From the NCBI GenBank assembly GCA_965367815.1, contig CBDUKN010000015.1, positions 1-64,000 of the forward strand: DNA of 64,000 bases, read 5' to 3'. Shown here piece by piece: positions 60,855 to 64,000 of this stretch (within the stretch, counting starts at the first letter, position 1; the number at the start of each line of letters is the position of its first letter). A program made the translations under genes and the position numbers. The notes below the pieces were generated by a model. The model had not been told where the DNA came from. It was given only the letters and a program-made list of their open reading frames with translations, and ran no database searches. The stretch is from an uncultured Thermoprotei archaeon (GTDB lineage: Archaea; Thermoproteota; Thermoprotei; Thermofilales; B15-G2).

Positions 60855-62279
60855 ATGTCCATAGAGCTAAATGTCAAAGAAGCAGGCTACATTAAAGGAA
60901 AACCCGTATTGGTTGACTTGGATTTGGAACTAGATGAAGGAGAACTCTTACTCATAGCCGGGCCGACAGGCTCTGGTAAATCTACTTTCTTGCTTCTACT
61001 TACAGGTGTTTTAACAAATCTTCTCTATGGCTACGTTGAGGGAACGGTTAAACTCTTCGACATAAATCCACTAGACCCCCGCGAGTTTAGTCTTGTGCCA
61101 AAGTACGTAGGCATCGTTCTCCAGTCACATGAACTACAAATAGCTATGCAGACTCCGCTCGACGAAGTCCTTTTTGTTTTAGAAAACCTTAGGTACCCTA
61201 ATCCGCTAGAAAGAGCCCAAACATATTTGTCTAGATACGGCTTGCTCAGCAAAGCTGAAGAAGATGTAGAGAATTTATCGGGAGGAGAAAAGAAGCGCTT
61301 GTGTTTAGCTTCATCTACTGTACATGAACCTAAACTTCTGATACTCGATGAGCCTACAGCTAACCTCGATCCCTGGGGAGTAGCTGAGGTAATAAAGTAT
61401 GTTCAAGAAATGAAAGACGAAGGTAAAACAATAATTATTACTGAACATAAGCCAGAGTACTTCGAGAGACTAGCAGACAAACTAGCTTTAATAAAAGACA
61501 AGACACTGAAGCTAGGAGAACAATATTTTAGAGAATACTATACCTCTTTAAACATCAAGTCTTGTCCTAAAATATCAGACCACACTTCTGTTTGTGTAGA
61601 AAATCTTTACTTCAAGTACTGCAAGACATGCCCCTATGTAATAGGTGGAGCTACTTTCACTTTAAAAGCAGGCGAAATAGTCGCTGTTATAGGCCCTAAT
61701 GGCTCAGGAAAAACTACTTTAGGTAAGCTTGTTTCAGGTCTACTTAAACCAACTTTAGGTGAAATAACTGTATATGGTGAAAAACCTTATCTTCTTCCGA
61801 GTAAAAGGCTTTTAAGAAAAGTTATTTATCTTCCTCAAGAGCCTGCCTACTTTTTCGTGAAATCCTCTATTGAGGGGGAACTCAAGTTGGCTTCAAAAAT
61901 ACTGGGTAGAAAATACCAAGACGTACTAAATGTACTTGACCCGTGGATTAAGTCTAGGCTTAAAGATTCTCCTTATGCACTCAGCTATGGTCAGAAAAAG
62001 TGGTTTTCGTACGTGCTTACATCTATTTATGAGTCGAAAGTAGTTGTCTTAGATGAACCTACCGCAGGCCTCGACCCTCTATTAGTGCGTAGGCTTTTTG
62101 AGTGGATGCTTTCTTTAAGAGAACAGGGACGAACACTGATAGTACTTACACACGACGTTAGAGTAGTAAAGAATATTGCTGACAGAGTTTTTGTAATGGA
62201 GAAAGGAAAGCCTATAGAAGTGGATAAGGAAAGAGGTGTTGAGTACTTAAGGAAGCCTGTAGAAGAGGTGTTGACATGA
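60855..62279 (+). CDS. ECF transporter ATPase with two fused ABC domains
   Basis: Two Walker A motifs (GPTGSGKST, GPNGSGKTT), LSGG/LSYG and two DEPT. Confidence 0.9.
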   Translation: MSIELNVKEAGYIKGKPVLVDLDLELDEGELLLIAGPTGSGKSTFLLLLTGVLTNLLYGYVEGTVKLFDINPLDPREFSLVPKYVGIVLQSHELQIAMQTPLDEVLFVLENLRYPNPLERAQTYLSRYGLLSKAEEDVENLSGGEKKRLCLASSTVHEPKLLILDEPTANLDPWGVAEVIKYVQEMKDEGKTIIITEHKPEYFERLADKLALIKDKTLKLGEQYFREYYTSLNIKSCPKISDHTSVCVENLYFKYCKTCPYVIGGATFTLKAGEIVAVIGPNGSGKTTLGKLVSGLLKPTLGEITVYGEKPYLLPSKRLLRKVIYLPQEPAYFFVKSSIEGELKLASKILGRKYQDVLNVLDPWIKSRLKDSPYALSYGQKKWFSYVLTSIYESKVVVLDEPTAGLDPLLVRRLFEWMLSLREQGRTLIVLTHDVRVVKNIADRVFVMEKGKPIEVDKERGVEYLRKPVEEVLT

Positions 62280-62995
62280 AAAAAAGTCCTTCGATACTAT
62301 TTGTCTACGGACTATTCTTGACACTTATGGCTTTTTTGCTGAAAAATATAAGTGCTTTAGCTCTTCTAGCTCTTCTCAACTTTACTGTAGGTCTAGCTTT
62401 AGGCGGGAAGAGATTTAAAATGCTTTTAGTAGCCTTTATTATAAGCCTTATAGGTGTATTGACTAATGCTCTTGTTTTTGCGGGCGGCGAGCCGCTGTGG
62501 TCTTGGGGCTTTATTGTAGTGAGAAAAGGCGCTATTAGAGGATTTATCGAAGTTTCTTTGAAGCTAACACTTCTTTTAAGCGCTACACTGATCTTTTCAT
62601 CACTTACTAATCCCAGAGAACTCTTAAAGTCTCTTGAATCAGAACTAGGTGTTCCTAAACAGCTTTCATTTATGGTTTCCCTATCTCTCAGACTTTTGAG
62701 AATATTTGAAAAAGATTTAGCTGAAATACAGCTTATTAGGCGTAGCAGAGGTCTTAGAGCAACCCCTATCACTTTATCGGACTGGGAGTCTTTGCTGACC
62801 CCTCTTCTCAGCATAGGGCTTGAGAGAGGACGGTGGATAGGTATTGCTGCAGAGCTAAGAGGGTTTTCTCTAAGAAAAGTAGAGAAAAAAGGCCTTAAGC
62901 TACAGTTAGGCGACGTAGTCCTGATAACCGCTATGCTGGCTCAAGCCGCTATAGCAGTCTTTTTGCAATTAAATCCTTTAATTCGTTGTCCGTGA
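62276..62995 (+). CDS. ECF transporter T component
   Basis: RSRG and ELRGF coupling-helix motifs; hydrophobic. Confidence 0.9.
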   Translation: MKKSPSILFVYGLFLTLMAFLLKNISALALLALLNFTVGLALGGKRFKMLLVAFIISLIGVLTNALVFAGGEPLWSWGFIVVRKGAIRGFIEVSLKLTLLLSATLIFSSLTNPRELLKSLESELGVPKQLSFMVSLSLRLLRIFEKDLAEIQLIRRSRGLRATPITLSDWESLLTPLLSIGLERGRWIGIAAELRGFSLRKVEKKGLKLQLGDVVLITAMLAQAAIAVFLQLNPLIRCP

Positions 62996-63030
62996 GGCTT
63001 AAATAGCTGCTTATATAACGGTGCACGAAT

Positions 63031-63558
63031 ATGAGCTACAGGTACACTACCGTAGATTTAGCTATTTTAGCAGTAGTAGCTGCTGTCTTCGGCGCAGTCT
63101 TTACTTTTGCCTGGACACCCTACTACGCGGTTAAAGCTATTGGAGGAAAATTCGCGGCGGTGCTCTTGACTTACGGTATATGGTACATGGCTGCTCCGCT
63201 AGCAGCCACCTTGATTAGAAAACCTGGCGCAGCTCTCCTCGGAGAAACACTAGCGGGTCTTGTAGAGTCTCTTTTACCACAAGTAGGAGGCTTCTCATGC
63301 TTCATCTATGGTCTAGGCCAAGGAATATTCTCTGAAATAGCCTACGCGGTATTCGGGTACAAGAAGTACGGCCTGCTCCAAGCAGTTCTTGCTGGAGCTC
63401 TGCCAGCACTGCCTTCACTAGTGCTAGATATACTGCTCTGGAGCTCGGTGTATCCACCACCAGTCTTCGCAGTACTCTTCGTTTTAGCAGCTGCTAGCGG
63501 CGCTATTTACGGCGCACTCTCTTACTTAATAGCGTCGAAAATTGCTGTAAGGAAATAG
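63031..63558 (+). CDS. ECF transporter S component (YkoE-like, thiamine/HMP-type)
   Basis: YGIW, IRKPGAALLGE and QG..SE motifs. Confidence 0.8.
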   Translation: MSYRYTTVDLAILAVVAAVFGAVFTFAWTPYYAVKAIGGKFAAVLLTYGIWYMAAPLAATLIRKPGAALLGETLAGLVESLLPQVGGFSCFIYGLGQGIFSEIAYAVFGYKKYGLLQAVLAGALPALPSLVLDILLWSSVYPPPVFAVLFVLAAASGAIYGALSYLIASKIAVRK

Positions 63559-63563
63559 TTAAG

Positions 63564-63998
63564 TTAGAATTTTTCTAGAACTTCTCCTGTATCTACATCG
63601 ACTATTTTTCTTTCAGATTCGGTTAAATGCAGTATGCTCGGAGGTACCTGATAGTATCTGCATGTGAAAATACTCACGAGTTTTCCTCCAAACATTACTC
63701 TATAGCCTCGAGGAGGAAAGGCTAAGTGGGATCTAACTATCGTGGAGATAGAGTTTTTCTTCATAAAGTCTTCAACTACTTTTGAGCCAAACACGTATAT
63801 TCCGTTACCTCTAAAGCTTAGAGAACACTCCTCTATGTTTTCGTCAGGATCATTCCACAGCATCTGGAAAGCAAGTGAACTTGAATCATAGTCTTCCGAA
63901 GGCTCTACTTTCTCTATTTCACTGATACTAGGTGTTCTCCAGCCGCTTTCTCCGAAAATAACTGGTATTCCTCCGTGAACCGCAAATATTTTTCTCGA
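63564..63998 (-). CDS. PPP-family Ser/Thr protein phosphatase (metallophosphoesterase), 5' end outside the window
   Basis: Frame open to the window end: IFAVHGGIP..MLWNDP..RG..FG..IVRSH..SIF. Confidence 0.85.
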   Translation of the reverse strand, partial: SRKIFAVHGGIPVIFGESGWRTPSISEIEKVEPSEDYDSSSLAFQMLWNDPDENIEECSLSFRGNGIYVFGSKVVEDFMKKNSISTIVRSHLAFPPRGYRVMFGGKLVSIFTCRYYQVPPSILHLTESERKIVDVDTGEVLEKF

Positions 63999-64000
63999 AT

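Noticed and set aside
1-64000. tRNA, rRNA, CRISPR arrays, cas genes, integrases
   Set aside because: None recognised by eye; tRNAscan-SE and a CRISPR finder would be needed to exclude them formally

Overview
Archaeal chromosomal window, most consistent with a heterotrophic Thermoproteota. This is inferred from the type-2 IPP isomerase, Thg1-like enzyme, UPF0292 Toprim protein, V4R protein, a box C/D sRNA, TATA-type promoters and frequent GTG starts. Content is mostly housekeeping and catabolic genes, four ABC-2-type exporter loci, two alkaline-phosphatase-superfamily paralogs, an ECF transporter, two probable toxin-antitoxin pairs and about a dozen broken genes. The highlights are as follows. 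(1) A 2163-bp transposase-less TnpB element bounded by AGGAGGC direct repeats; removing it rejoins a split host reading frame in frame, and it carries a structured omegaRNA-like 3' end and a Zn-ribbon cargo pseudogene. (2) A DUF3800-like gene paired with a ~65-nt GC-rich hairpin containing an AGUA/GAA loop-E motif, apparently transcribed divergently. (3) A box C/D guide RNA predicted to target 16S rRNA. (4) An AT-rich ABC-exporter island headed by a frameshifted EarA-like regulator. (5) A compositionally odd first ~1.6 kb with a Cys-rich Ca-binding protein. All family calls come from motif recognition by eye; no database searches were run.
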